Below, in pieces: positions 1 to 13,800 of a stretch of DNA of 64,000 nt. Position numbers and translations under genes: made by a program. Below the pieces are notes generated by a model that was not told the origin of the DNA, ran no database searches, and saw nothing but the letters and a program-made list of their open reading frames with translations. Source of the DNA: Macrostomum lignano (lineage: Eukaryota); the NCBI GenBank assembly GCA_002269645.1, contig NIVC01001836.1:3749-67748 (forward strand), given 5' to 3'. Each line of letters opens with the position of its first letter. The stretch's first letter is position 1.

Positions 1-1173
1 AGTTTCTTTTTCTCTCTTAACTTGTACATGTATAGGTACATGAGGAACGTTACCACAGGTATCCAATAATTATGTCCTCTTTTAGCTGTGTGATCTGTGT
101 TTCTGTCGTTTATAATACGAGCGTACTTTGCGGATTAAATATAAAAAATATGCAAATATATCCGGACGCATACATTTGTATACGCAGAGTATCACAGAAT
201 GCTCATTCGAGTTTCCTTGCTGAGAATACCCCGCTTAAAAATGCGATAGCCTCTCCCTAGTTAAATCATCCAACTTCTTCCAAGTTAGCAACCAATTAAG
301 TAAGTCGGAAGACAGAAAAGTTAACTAACTAGGAAGATGGAAGAATCGTTTAATTTAATGAGCGTTGCAGAAATTTAGGAGTTATACCCATATTTTTCTA
401 CTGCGGTTAGTAGCGCGCAAATGTTTTTTCAGTAATAGTGACCCAAACTGTAGTACACTGCCCGTGAATTTGGAATGAAGTTAGCCCTCTTTACATGCAG
501 CACTTGTGTATGGTTACGACTGTCTCAGCTCAGCCTGCGTGTCGTGCAGAGATAATGATTGTACTTCCAACAGTAAGGAGAGGCAATCAGTGCTAATCTA
601 TAGCCAATCGGTAAAACTGCTACTGGGTCTGTTCTACATGTACAACAGCATGTTTATTCTATTGAAAATTTGTTATTCGCTTGTTTTATGGTGCCCCGCT
701 TATCTTTCGTGTTCGTCAGTGAAAATTCTTTTCATACATAATTCGCTTTCTCTTCAGGCTTTGAAATACATATGTAGTCTCGTATATCCCTCGAGCTTTT
801 AATAAAATATCGTTCATCCTGAAAATAGGCTACCCTTCTTCAATCCGGGAACTATGTGCGTACGCCGTGCACAATTACGTTATGAAAAATTGCTACTTGG
901 CTACTAGGAGTAGACTATACCGTACATATTTAGCTGGGGGTCTGCGATATTAGTAGGAAGTTTGCCCGCAGGCCATTCGGCCATTATCATGCATGGTTTA
1001 GACCATGACAGACTATACTGCCCTGTATTCAAAATTTATTTTGTTGATTTTTTCTTCTTGATAGTGCAAATCAACCTTGATCTTATCTTAATATTGTGTT
1101 CAGTTCCAATGTCTTTTTAACATTGACGTTGTTTTATTTCCTTTTTTATCTATGAATTATCCTGTGAACATAG

Positions 1174-1378
1174 ACGTCTGGGGGTAAACATCTGGGGTCA
1201 ACCGTCTGGGGGCAACCGTCTGGGGTCAACCGTCTGGGGCAACCGTCTGGGGGTAAACGTCTGGGGTAAACGTTTGGAGGTAAACGTTTGGAGGTAAACG
1301 TCTGGGGGTAACCGTCTGGGGGTAAACGTTTGGAGCTAAACGTTTGGAGGTACACGTCTGGGGGTAAACATCTGCGGG
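1174..1378. repeat. Minisatellite, ~14-15 bp unit (CGTCTGGGGGTAAA-like)
   Basis: Direct tandem repeats visible in the sequence; the ORFs at 1146-1502 and 1226-1411 are translations of this repeat. Confidence 0.9.
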
Positions 1379-3388
1379 CAAGCTTCCTGCTAGATAATGT
1401 CGTACTCCCATTTAATAAACCGCGTATTTCGCACAGGGAAGCTGGAATGAGGATTCTGTGGTGTTCTGTACATACATATACCGGTGTAGCTTGTACTAAC
1501 ATTGGCTAGATGTCCACTTTAGCCTCGGCTAGGCAGAGAATTGTCGCAGATCTTGGCTTTCAAAGAAACTGTCGTCAATCTGAGGAGATAAGGAGATGTT
1601 AAGATCAGATTTGGGGTGAAAGTTTACATGCTTGTGGGTGAAATAATGTTCGGTTGTACTTTTCACTTCAATCAGTTTAATGCAAACTTACTAGAGTTAG
1701 CCTAGTGTAATGTAGTCTAGTGCAAGGTCGTGCGCAGTGACATCAGCTAAACTATTTGATTCCAGAACTTCGGTGACTATGTGGGATTTCAGTGCAAACT
1801 GACAATGCTATTACGAGTAAACACAATGCCCAGCTCATAATGTAACGCTATTAGATAGTTGCTGCTTTGTTCGGATTTGCCTCGGACTGCCCGGGCTATT
1901 CAGCGGCTTTCCCATGGATCTGCCCACTAAAAAGAGCATGCTTTAGACTCTAGCTATGAGAGTCGGTAATAATCACATATAGTTGAATTTCTATATTGAA
2001 CCACAGGTTTGTTTACAACATTTTTTCGATAATATTTAAGGATTAAGCTAGAGATTATATATAATATATTCGCTTTTAGGTTAATCAACTGGCAGGCTAT
2101 GCCACATGCTTCATAAACAGCTATGAGTAGTACGTACACGCGTCATGCAAAAGTTACATCAAAAAGTAAACGTACTCTGAAAGCAGTACACCTGGCTTGT
2201 ACATGTAATGTACCAGCTAATATTTAAAAAACTGAAGTTCCCTTTCTTAAGGGCTTTTTCTCTTCTCTCTAAGGCCTTCCTCGTATACTCGTAATTTCCA
2301 AATGGTCTATACCTTGGACGCACTCTCCTCGCCTCTGCGTACAATGCTTTGCCTGCCAAGAAATGTCTTCTTTTTCGCATTGGCTTGCTCCGCGGAAAAG
2401 CCATGGGACAGCCGCGGAATTACCTTTAAACACTGCTTTGCTGTGCCCAATGGCTAGTAGGAGTGCACAGCTACGGGGTACGGCTTTCAAATGCTTTGCA
2501 TGTTCATCAAAGCAGAGCATAAAAGTTTCTTCATACTCTAGCCTCCCACTCCTGACAGATAGCCAAGCCCCAAAGGTAGCGAAGATATGGCGAACATTTG
2601 GTTTCTATTTCGATTATTTCTATGATAGCTGAGAAGACAGCTCTCTCAAAATCGGGTTCCGAGAAGCAGGGGCTCTGAACTGGAAAAACAATCTCGAAGT
2701 TATAGCCGATTAAAGGGACACACTGCTGGGACTGCATTGTATTGACCATACAGGGACGGAGAGAAAAAGGGGGGTCAGGGCCAGGGGAGGGCAAGAGGTG
2801 CGGCAGCACACCCTTCACGATCGTTGCCATCATACTACCTTGTATTCTCTCATTGGTTTCGAAAAAGAAGTCTGGTTCTACTAGTATTTACGTAGCGTGC
2901 TGTAGAACTCACACGAGAGTACAGTTTCAGTACTTGTGCAAGAGCGTGTAAAGCACCTGTGTACCACAAACATTTTACGGGCGTACGTTTACAATCGTAC
3001 CAAGCTATGTATAGCGAAGCCCAATGATTTTTTTGTTTTCCTTCTCGGTTTTGTAACCAATCGAAGAGGGGGAAGATGTGTAGTGACTAAACTAAAAATA
3101 TATTAGTTTAAGCTGGAAAGTACATGCAATGGACTATAGATCATTTTCTTAGCGCATTTTTCTTATATTTTTACTGTAAGTAGAGTTTCAGAATAATAGT
3201 TCAGAATAATTTATGCTAGTTAGTTCTGTTCTGTACTCTGTATCGATGTCAGTTTTTTATCATGGCGGTCCAGCCAAATATAAATATACTGGAGCGGTCT
3301 GTATAGCTCACATATTTCTCTACTGCAACTACAAGTACAGCTTCAGTACTCGACTCAGCTTATTAGCTCATTAGCTCAGTGACTCAAC

Positions 3389-3662
3389 CCTGGCTAAAGC
3401 CCCTGGTGCTAAAGCCCCTGGTGCTAAAGCCCCTGGTGCTAAAGCCCCTGGTGCTAAAGCCCCTGGTGCTAAAGGCCTTGGTGCTAAAGCCCCTGGTGCT
3501 AAAGCCCCTGGTGCTAAAGCCCCTGGTGCTAAAGGCCTTGGTGCTAAAGCCCCTGGTGCTAAAGCCCCTGGTGCTAAAGCCCCTGGTGCTAAAGGCCTTG
3601 GTGCTAAAGCCCCTGGTGCTAAAGCCCCTGGTGCTAAAGCCCCTGGTGCTAAAGCCCCTGGT
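3389..3662. repeat. Minisatellite, 15-bp unit CCCTGGTGCTAAAGC (~18 copies) with a periodic GGCCTT variant
   Basis: Direct tandem repeats; the variant unit recurs every 4th copy (60-bp higher order). Confidence 0.95.
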
Positions 3663-3832
3663 TTTATCTTTATTTTTATATTCAAGCTACTGCGACTAGC
3701 ATAATACACACCTGTTTCAGAAATATAGTCGTCAAGGACGAAGAAACGAAGTTTTCCTAATGGTCCTTGACAGAAGCATGAGTAAAGGGACGGCTACATA
3801 AGCGCGCACACGCACGAGCGCTCCCTGTGTAT

Positions 3833-4146
3833 ATCCTGACACTCTTGACACACTCTTGACACTCTTGACACTCTCTTGACACACTCTTGACACTCTCTTG
3901 ACACACTCTTGACACACTTGACACACTCTTGACAAACTCTTGACACACTGATGAGACTCTCTTGACACTCTCTTGACACACTCTTGACACACTTGACACA
4001 CTTGACACACTCTTGACACACTGACACACTCTTGACAAACTCTTGACACACTCGTGAGACTCTCTTGACACTCTCTTGACACACTCTTGACACAATCTTG
4101 ACACACTCTTGACACACTTGACACACTACGAGTACGTCTCGACATC
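3833..4146. repeat. Degenerate minisatellite built on CTTGACACA(CT)
   Basis: Direct tandem repeats of 9-13 bp variants. Confidence 0.9.
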
Positions 4147-4210
4147 ACTTGTGCACACGCGCGCAGAAAAGTCAGTCAGCAGCAAACGGCAGTTCTAAGT
4201 GACTGCCAAG

Positions 4211-4845
4211 GCATCGCCGCCGTGAGAGCTGCTGATGAACAGCCGGTGTCTTGCAGGGTGACCTCACCATCAGGCAAGTGCGGCTAAACATGGAGCGCTC
4301 TCAGGAGGAACCGACTGCTCACGATCTTGTCTGGTGTTCTGTAGTAGGGCGACAGGCTGGCACCGTTCCAGAACGCACCCCCATCCCCACCCCACCCCCT
4401 TGGCTGACGACGGCTTTCCGCTGCGCAGGCGTCATAGAGAAAAGCGCCTCAGAGTGCTTGGCTACGCCGACAATCTCGCCCTCCTGTCATCAACTGTTAA
4501 AGGCGCCCAGCGCCAGATCGACGAGCTGACCAAAGTGTGGCTTCCAGACTTGCCTGGACGGCCTACCGATCCATCCGGGCTGTCCTTCCGTCGGAAGCAC
4601 TGCCCGACCGCGAGACTCATGTGGCAAGCTGTGGTCGACGCCGTCCTGCTGTACAAAGCCGAGGTGTGACGCTGACGGCTGGAGCGGCAGCTGGACTTGG
4701 CGCCCTGCTCCGTGCGGCCTTTTGAGCTGACGAGACCATGAGGACAGAGGCCTTGTCCAAGAGGGTCCAGCTGGAAGGCTCGTTTATCATCCTGTGTCGG
4801 TGGGCGACTTCAACTGGCGGGCCCCGTTATCCGGGCCGATCGAGA
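4211..4845 (+). mobile_element. Decayed, internally deleted RTE-clade non-LTR retrotransposon fragment (RT)
   Basis: Motifs GVLQGD, LGYADNLALLS, LWQAVVDAVLLYKAE and RRLQLAG; nucleotide similarity to the copy at 43918-44760. Confidence 0.8.
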
Positions 4846-6478
4846 GCTGTTGCCCCCAGCCTCTCAACAAGACGTCCTGATGCTTGCACCTTGCATCTGA
4901 CGCACCCTGACCGCATGACCTTTCTTTTCTGGGTTGCTTCTTTTAATTGTGTTTTGGTGTTGTTGTTATCGGAAAGTAAAAGTCTGCAAGTAGTGAACCT
5001 GATCCTGTGGACTCTGATCATACTAAAAACCAATTTTGCTCTTATTTCCTTCGGACCTAATCAAAAAGGTGCACTGCTTCCCGACAATGCTGTGTCACTG
5101 TTGTGCCAGTATAGTGTGCTCTTGTGCTGGCTTGTGAAAGAATCCCTGGACAAACAATTTTTTAGATCGGGGCTGCTTTTGAACTTTTTGAGTGGTTTAG
5201 GAGCGCAAATCGAAAATGTAAAAGGATTAAACAATGATTGGTTCGGTTCTTACAAGCATTCACTGCTCTGCTTCGCTTTTCTGGCTTCAATTGAGTCACT
5301 TTCCCGGCTCGCGGTGTCAGATTTTACGCAAGTAGTGGATTATCTGGATGGAAAAGAAAGTAAGTTTATGGAAAAATATACAAAAATTGACTGAACGATA
5401 CAATTTTATGAAAATATAAGTATATAAGTCTCTACCGATGATCATATGCATATACTCCTATTAAATGTACATACGCTTGCTATCATTATTTTTGAGCATA
5501 ACTGTCTATAGATCTCAGAAATCTAAAAAACTTTAAAAGAGGCACTGGCATTTCCAACCTCATAAGTACCTTAGCTACAGCTAAGTTAAAGAGAATGTCA
5601 ACTGGGATAACCATATTTGTCTAAAGTCTGATTCAGCCATAGCCTTAGTGGGTTAATAGGGAGAAATGAGGATATTTCGTCAACGTAAGTCTCTAGAGAG
5701 CAAGTTGGTGAGTGTCTGAAGTCTCAGTTTCGCGCTTTGACAGCTGGAGGACTTCTTGGGTGCTGGAGAACCCACAATGATGTGCATTTCAGAGAAATAA
5801 GCTGGCATAGGACCAACTTTTTCCTCTCTATTATCCTACTAGAGAGAGGATTTTCAATGATTCTACGAGCTAGCTCGTTGACTCATCGAACAATGTACAG
5901 TTTTTGTGCTGCTTGTGTAAAAACCATTACACAATATTAGATACACCTGAATAACACAGCCACTGTAATAACATTATGGGGCACAATGGCAGTTGGATTC
6001 TGGCTTGTGCATATCTTTGATGAGTTTTGCTAGAATTTCCACTGGCTCGATATTATTGAGTCAATGGGTAAAGTACTTTATCCTCTGCAGTAAGGCATTT
6101 AAAATTAAAAAAAAATTATTTGGTTATCCGAGATTTCCTGTTCAAAGTGATCACGGGGAGCACTAAAAAAGTTCCAAGCACATTGAAACAGGAAATGAAC
6201 TTCACTTTCTACTCAGTCCTGTTCTCGTAATTAGGAATCTTTGGTCTTGCAGTCCTCATTGTTTCTAAACTGTGAACGGTGTAGTATTAAGTAATAAGCA
6301 TTCTGGTCCATCTCAAAATCCCTCTTATCGGCAAATTTCCTAGGGTCCACTCCACGCATTGATCCAATATATGAGTGGCGATTTGTTGACCGCTTAAGTA
6401 GTTAGTTTGGTTTTAGGGGTGTCCACTTCCCCTTGTGACAGTTAGCAAAAATTTAATTTATAAAAAGCATCCTACTGC

Positions 6479-6900
6479 CAGTGGCGTAGCCAGGAATTTC
6501 AATTGGGGGGGGGGCGGGTTGGCCTGGCTGGCCATGCCTTATGCCAATGCCACTTTTGGCGCCGCAGGCATTCATTTTGGCGCCGCAGGCACGGCACTCA
6601 TTTTGTTGCCGCAGGCACTCATTTTGTTGCCGCAGGCATTCATTTTGGCGCCGCAGGCACTCATTTTGTTGCCGCAGGCATTCATTTTGGCGCCGCAGGC
6701 ACTCATTTTGGCGCCGCAGGCACTCATTTTGGCGCCGCAGGCACTCATTTTGGCGCCGCAGGCACTCATTTTGGCGCCACAGGCACTCATTTTGGCGCCG
6801 CAGGCACTCATTTTAGCGCCGCAGGCACTCAATTGCCTCATGGTTTTTGGTACCGCCACGCCCAACCCCCCCAGGCGATGGCCCCCTGGCTATGCCACTG
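6479..6900. mobile_element. hAT-type MITE containing a 21-bp minisatellite (CACTCATTTTGGCGCCGCAGG)
   Basis: TIRs CAGTGGCGTAGCCAGG / CCTGGCTATGCCACTG (1 mismatch); 8-bp TSD CCTACTGC / GCTACTGC (1 mismatch). Confidence 0.85.
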
Positions 6901-6916
6901 GCTACTGCTATCATTA

Positions 6917-7958
6917 CAGGGGACGACAAACTCCAGTCCCCGAGCCACATATGGCCCGCCAAGCCACTTTTCTTTATCCCTCTCGGTCCTTTGAAACTTC
7001 ACAATAGCAATCCGGCCCGCTCAGAGTTTGTGTTTCTTCTCAGCTGCCTCCTCCCTTCTCCCCTCTCCCTTCTCCCTTCTCCTTTCTTCTCTCTCCCTTC
7101 TCTCCTCTCCCTTCTCCCCTCTCCCTTCTCCCCTCTCCCTTCTCCCTTCTCCTTTCTTCTCTCTCCCTTCTCTCCTCTCCCTTCTCCCCTCTCCCTTCTC
7201 CCCTCTCCCTTCTCCCCTCTCCCTTCTCCCCTCTCCCTTCTCCCCTCTCCCTTCTCGCCTCTCCCTTTTCCCTTCTCCTTTCTTCTCTCTCCCTTCTCCC
7301 CTCTCCCTTCTCCCCTCTCCCTTCTCCCCTCTCCCTTTTCCCTTCTCCTTTCTTCTCTCTCCCTTCTCTCCTCTCCCTTCCCTCCTCTCCATTCTCCCTT
7401 CTCCATTCTCCCCTCTCCCCTCTCCCTTCTCCCTTCTCTCCTATCCCTTCTCCCCTATCCCTTCTCTCCTCTCCCTTCTCCCTTCTCCTTTCTTCTCTCT
7501 CCCTTCTTTCCTCTCCCTTCCCTCCTCTCCATTCTCCCTTCCCCATTCTCCCCTCTCCCCTCTCCCTTCTCCCTTCTCTCCATTCTCCCCTCCTCTGTCT
7601 GGCCCGCATTAATGCGTTAGATCAGGGACTTCTTAAGCTAGCTAGCACTTGCTTTGGGACGTAAACGTTTTTATCTAGTATTACTTCCATTAATCTACTG
7701 ATAATTCTAATAAATAAATAAGAGATTCTAAAATATACGTGAATCAGCTTGTTTTTACAAATAAAAAGTTATTATTAAAACCTCTTAAAATAACCACTAG
7801 CGTGCGTATTACTGCTGCAAAATACACAATTGGCCAAAACCGGCCTTATCTTGCGGGGGGGGGGGTAAAAACCTTGCGTGTTTCGGTGCTAGCTTAAGAA
7901 GTCCCTGGCTAGATTCTCCATCATCTGGCTCTTAAGATAAACAGTTTGCCAGCCCCTG
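6917..7958 (+). mobile_element. hAT-like non-autonomous element with CT-rich expansion (7040-7595) and a nested MITE
   Basis: Imperfect TIRs CAGGGGACGACAAACT / AGTTTGCCAGCCCCTG; subterminal GGCCCGC motifs; left end homologous to the element at 53725-56766. No clear TSD. Confidence 0.65.
7623..7907. mobile_element. MITE nested in the hAT-like element
   Basis: Perfect 20-bp TIR CAGGGACTTCTTAAGCTAGC / GCTAGCTTAAGAAGTCCCTG; flanks GTTAGAT / GCTAGAT form an imperfect TSD. Confidence 0.8.
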
Positions 7959-9380
7959 CTCTATGGGTTAGTACATGTGTATGGAGTAGTGCAGGATCTT
8001 AGCAACGAGACGAGGTGATGGAGACCAGCTAGAATGTCAATTTTAACTGCGAAGGCAATCCCCATCACGATTCTTTAACCAAATCAAAACCACTTTAAAA
8101 CGCAGATTTGTCATATACTACTTAAGGCATATACGAGTCACTGAGTCAGTAGGGTACAGCACGCTGCATCTGCGTCTGAAATATTTTTTTACTGAGTAAA
8201 TAAAATAAACGCTGACAAATGAACTCAAGAGGAGACAAGAGAGAGAAACGAAGAAAAACAGGTTTGCAATTACGGAGTGCAGTCCACAGGCATCCATCTG
8301 CTGTGAAATTCAGCAGCTTACTGCAGGAGATGAAGCGCCCCATTACCCCCACCCCCCTAATCCTTCTCACTGCATTGTCTTACCGTTTTCATGTCTACAT
8401 AGATACTGTACTGCATCTCACTGTGCCAGTGTCGCAACCAGAAATTTGACAAGAGGAGGGAGGGGTGGGGCCTGCGTCGGTCGGCGAGAATTTGCTTGGG
8501 CCTTCGCCAATTACAGTTTCTTGGGCGGCTGCCTCCCCTCCCCGCCCTTTGGCTTCGCCTCTGTACTGTAGCGACTTCCACCCACCCACCGACTCCACAT
8601 TCGCAGCCCTTCACCGGATTGGTAGGAAGAAAACTAAAGCGTACTTTTTACTGCCCAGTGCCCAGTGAATTTCTGCCCATGAAAGTTCCCTTTTAAATAT
8701 TGTACATTAGCAGTACTACAAAAATGTGCAGTGGCAGCTCTTGAGGGTATGAAGGGTGAGCAGTCCATTCTGGCACTCACAAAACACTAGCAGAACTTGC
8801 TGCAACCCGTGACCCCCCTCTACCGCCCGGCCCCACCCAAACCCTAGCCAGACACTGAGACAACCTGTGAAGTGAATAGATCGAAAACCATTTCAATTAA
8901 ATCAAATGAAAACTACAAATCACACATTTTGAAAAAGTAATCCATTTTTCCTTTTTTCACAGATGAATACCGGTTCTTATCTAATGAAATAAAAAATTAT
9001 CCAGTATCCTCATAAGCCATTACATAAAAACAGCTGGGGTAGAACTGAATTTTTGCCCCGGCTTTGCCATGGCAATTCCACGGGTTCACCGAGGGCTGTC
9101 CTGCTGTTGAATGCAAGCGCAGACGGCAATTCCATGCGAAATTATATATTTCCATGCGAATTATAGCAACCTTCCAGCCGAAAAATCTATCTGCATCAGG
9201 GTTCAAAATTAACTATATTCGAATTCGAATTTTTCATTTGTCAAAGACGCTAATTTGCGTTATTGAAAGTTACGAGCCGCAAATTTTTCGCTCGTAAAAC
9301 ATACAGTCGGCAGACAACATGAGCAACCAGTACTTGCAACAAGCCGGTGTCATCCAAGACTGCAGCAGCAGCTGCAACAG

Positions 9381-9453
9381 AGGCAACAGTGCTCAACATA
9401 TTTCTGCGTGAACACTACGAATTCGACAACTGTGGAAAATGCACATTGAACAG
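9381..9453 (+). CDS. Tentative upstream exon A of CUB-CTLD-TM paralogue 1 (ATVLNIFLREHYEFDNCGKCTLN)
   Basis: AG/GT bounded, phase 1->2, joins in frame to the exon at 17035 and gives a CUB-start-like CGKCTLNSSSEHTGG. The acceptor lacks a pyrimidine tract. Confidence 0.4.
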
Positions 9454-9494
9454 GTAATAAAAGCAGGAGCAGCGGCCGGCGGGTAAAACGGAAA

Positions 9495-10138
9495 GAGTGG
9501 AGGGTGAAACACACGGAGTGGAGGGTGAAAGAGACAAAGTGGAAGGTGAAACACACCGAGTGGAGGGTGAAACACACGGAGTGGAGGGTGAAACACACGG
9601 AGTGGAGGGTGAAACACACGGAGTGGAGGGTGAAACACACGGAGTGGAGGGTGAAACACACGGAGTGGAGGGTGAAACACACGGAGTGGAGGGTGAAACA
9701 CACGGAGTGGAGGGTGAAACACACGGAGTGGAGGGTGAAACACACGGAGTGGAGGGTGAAACACACGGAGTGGAGGGTGAAACACACGGAGTGGAGGGTG
9801 AAACACACGGAGTGGAGGGTGAAACACACGGAGTGGAGGGTGAAACACACGGAGTGGAGGGTGAAACACACGGAGTGGAGGGTGAAACACACGGAGTGGA
9901 GGGTGAAACACACGGAGTGGAGGGTGAAACATACGGAGTGGAGGGTGAAACACACGGAGTGGAGGGTGAAACACACGGAGTGGAGGGTGAAACACACGGA
10001 GTGGAGGGTGAAACACACGGAGTGGAGGGTGAAACATACGGAGTGGAGGGTGAAACACACGGAGTGGAGGGTGAAACACACGGAGTGGAGGGTGAAACAC
10101 ACGGAGTGGAGGGTGAAACACACGGAGTGGAGGGTGAG
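9495..10138. repeat. Minisatellite, 21-bp unit GAGTGGAGGGTGAAACACACG (~30 copies)
   Basis: Near-perfect tandem repeat. Confidence 0.97.
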
Positions 10139-10139
10139 C

Positions 10140-10830
10140 AAACAAAGTGAAGTGTGAAACTGAGTGGAGGGTAAAAATGACAAGATTGTGTTGAAATAGG
10201 CAGTAAAATGTGAGCTATTACAATATGTTTCGATTCGTTGCCATGTCAATCAGAATAGCAAAGTTAATGTAAAATTTTCTATCCACAGCCTCAATTAGTT
10301 AGAATAGTTCTCACTTGCAACAACATGAGCTTGTTCGCCTGCCGGATGTAGTTTCCCTTTTAAGGCTGCTTTATTATTTTTAAATTGAGATTATACAATT
10401 TAAAGTGTTTTAGTTCCATATTTACCGGTATTCGCGCGGCCGTCTAAGCGCCGACTTAGGGAGAGAGGGCTATGCGGGCAAGCTCAGCCAATAGGAGACC
10501 AGCAAGGTAAGATAGGTGAGAAAATATCTTGATATTCCATAAAAACAGTTTGATTCGAAGAGGCTTTCGCTAATAGACCTGTCAAGCTCTTAGATAGCTA
10601 AACTATCCAAATATTCTCAATTCTTTCGAGTAATTTTAAGATTTCTAAGAAATGAAAAACAAAATTCAAGTGATAATCATACTTGCGGCCATTGCAATCG
10701 TCTTGAGCAGGTAAAATACTGATTTTTCTTTATCTATCCGTGTATATACCATATCAGTTTTTGTATCTGACAGCAAATTTCAAAATGCTGTTGTTGGAAT
10801 TATTATTTATAGATTATGAGACTCTTCTAC
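10140..10830 (+). repeat. Unique-sequence segment, copy 1 of a diverged local duplication (copy 2 at ~15345-16050)
   Basis: Collinear shared blocks, e.g. CACAGCCTCA(A/G)TTAGTTAGAATAGTTCTCACTTGCAACAAC and GGGAGAGAGGGCTATGCGGG. Confidence 0.85.
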
Positions 10831-10834
10831 ACAT

Positions 10835-13800
10835 GGAATTCGAATATGAGAGTAGCTTTTATTGATGGATTTCGAATATGGGAGTAGCTTTTATTGACGG
10901 ATTTCGAATATGCGAGTAGCTTTTAATGATGGATTCGAATATGCGAGTAGCTTTTAATGATACTCGAAATCCATCAATAAAAGCTACTCGCATACTCGAA
11001 ATCCATCAATAAAAGCTACTCGCATATTCGAAATCCATCAATAAAAGCTACTCGCATATTCGAAATCCATCAATAAAAGCTACTCGCATATTCGAAATCC
11101 ATCAATAAAAGCTACTCGCATATTCGAAATCCATCAATAAAAGCTACTCGCATATTCGAAACCCATCAATAAAAGCTACTCGCATATTCGAAATCCATCA
11201 ATAAAAGCTACTCGCATATTCGAAATCCATCAATAAAAGCTACTCGCATATTCGAAATCCATCAATAAAAGCTACTCCCATATTCGAAATCCATCAGTAA
11301 AATCTACTCCCATATTGGAAATCTATCAGTAAAATCTACTCCCATCTACTCCCATATTGGAAATCTATCAGTAAAATCTACTCCCATATTGGAAATCCAT
11401 CAATAAAAGCTACTTCAATATTCTAAATCCATCAATAATAATAATTGAATATGGGAGTAGCTTTTAATGATGGATTTCGAATATGCGAGTAGCTATTGAT
11501 GATGGATTCGAATATGGGAGTAGCTATTGATGATGGATTCAAATATGGGAGTAGCTATTGATGATGGATTTGAATATGGGCGTAGCTTTTACTGATGGAT
11601 TTCCAATATGGGAGTAGCTTTTATTGATGGAATTCGAATATGCGAGTAGCTATTGATGATGGATTCGAATATGGGAGTAGATATTACTGATGGATTTCCA
11701 ATATGGGAGTAGATTTTACTGATGGATTTCCAATATGGGAGTAGATTTTACTGATAGATTTCCAATATGGGAGTAGATGGGAGTAGATTTTACTGATGGA
11801 TTTCCAATATGGGAGTAGCTTTTACTGATGGATTTCCAATATGGGAGCAGCTTTTACTGATGGATTTCCAATATGGGAGTAGCTTTTACTGATGGATTTC
11901 CAATATGGGAGTAGATTTTACTGATGGATTTCCAATATGGGAGTAGATTTTACTGATGGATTTCCAATATGGGAGCAGCTTTTACTGATGGATTTCCAAT
12001 ATGGGAGCAGCTTTTACTGATGGATTTCCAATATGGGAGTAGCTTTTACTGATGGATTTCCAATATGGGAGCAGCTTTTACTGATGGATTTCGAATATGG
12101 GAGTAGCTTTTACTGATGGATTTCCAATATGGGAGCAGCTTTTACTGATGGATTTCCAATATGGGAGTAGCTTTTACTGATGGATTTCCAATATGGGAGC
12201 AGCTTTTACTGATGGATTTCGAATATGGGAGCAGCTTTTACTGATGGATTTCGAATATGGGAGTAGATGGGAGTAGATTTTACTGATAGATTTCCAATAT
12301 GGGAGTAGATGGGAGTAGATTTTACTGATAGATTTCCAATATGGGAGTAGATTTTACTGATGGATTTCGAATATGGGAGTAGCTTTTACTGATGGATTTC
12401 GAATATGGGAGTAGATGGGAGTAGATTTTACTGATAGATTTCCAATATGGGAGTAGATGGGAGTAGATTTTACTGATAGATTTCCAATATGGGAGTAGAT
12501 TTTACTGATGGATTTCGAATATGGGAGCAGCTTTTACTGATGGATTTCGAATATGGGAGTAGATGGGAGTAGATTTTACTGATAGATTTCCAATATGGGA
12601 GTAGCTTTTACTGATGGATTTCGAATATGGGAGCAGCTTTTACTGATGGATTTCCAATATGGGAGCAGCTTTTACTGATGGATTTCGAATATGGGAGCAG
12701 CTTTTACTGATGGATTTCGAATATGGGAGTAGATGGGAGTAGATTTTACTGATAGATTTCGAATATGGGAGTAGATGGGAGTAGATTTTACTGATAGATT
12801 TCCAATATGGGAGTAGATGGGAGTAGATTTTACTGATGGATTTCCAATATGGGAGCAGCTTTTACTGATGGATTTCCAATATGGGAGCAGCTTTTACTGA
12901 TGGATTTCCAATATGGGAGCAGCTTTTACTGATGGATTTCCAATATGGGAGTAGATTTTACTGATGGATTTCCAATATGGGAGTAGATGGGAGTAGATTT
13001 TACTGATGGATTTCGAATATGGGAGTAGATGGGAGTAGATTTTACTGATAGATTTCCAATATGGGAGTAGATGGGAGTAGATTTTACTGATGGATTTCCA
13101 ATATGGGAGTAGATTTTACTGATGGATTTCCAATATGGGAGTAGATTTTACTGATGGATTTCCAATATGGGAGTAGATTTTACTGATGGATTTCCAATAT
13201 GGGAGTAGCTTTTATTGATGGAATTCGAATATGGGAGTAGATATTACTGATGGATTTCGAATATGGGAGTAGATTTTACTGATGGATTTTCAATATGGGA
13301 GTAGATTTTACTGATGGATTTCCAATATGGGAGTAGATGGGAGTAGATTTTACTGATGGATTTCCAATATGGGAGTAGATGGGAGTAGATTTTACTGATA
13401 GATTTCCAATATGGGAGTAGATGGGAGTAGATTTTACTGATAGATTTCCAATATGGGAGTAGATGGGAGTAGATTTTACTGATGGATTTTCAATATGGGA
13501 GTAGATTTTACTGATGGATTTCCAATATGGGAGTAGATGGGAGTAGATTTTACTGATGGATTTCCAATATGGGAGTAGATGGGAGTAGATTTTACTGATA
13601 GATTTCCAATATGGGAGTAGATGGGAGTAGATTTTACTGATGGATTTCCAATATGGGAGTAGATTTTACTGATGGATTTCCAATATGGGAGTAGATGGGA
13701 GTAGATTTTACTGATGGATTTCCAATATGGGAGTAGATGGGAGTAGATTTTACTGATGGATTTCCAATATGGGAGTAGATGGGAGTAGATTTTACTGATA

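Noticed and set aside
2159-2951. Cluster of short ORFs on both strands
   Set aside because: No recognisable motif or consistent splice chain.
3945-3965. CTGATGAG hammerhead-like core (also at ~53560 and ~59091)
   Set aside because: No downstream stem II-GAAA-stem III arrangement; chance occurrences.
6290-6400. - strand peptide SMRGVDPRKF resembling ribosomal protein L29
   Set aside because: The match is only ~8 residues and the rest of the protein is absent.
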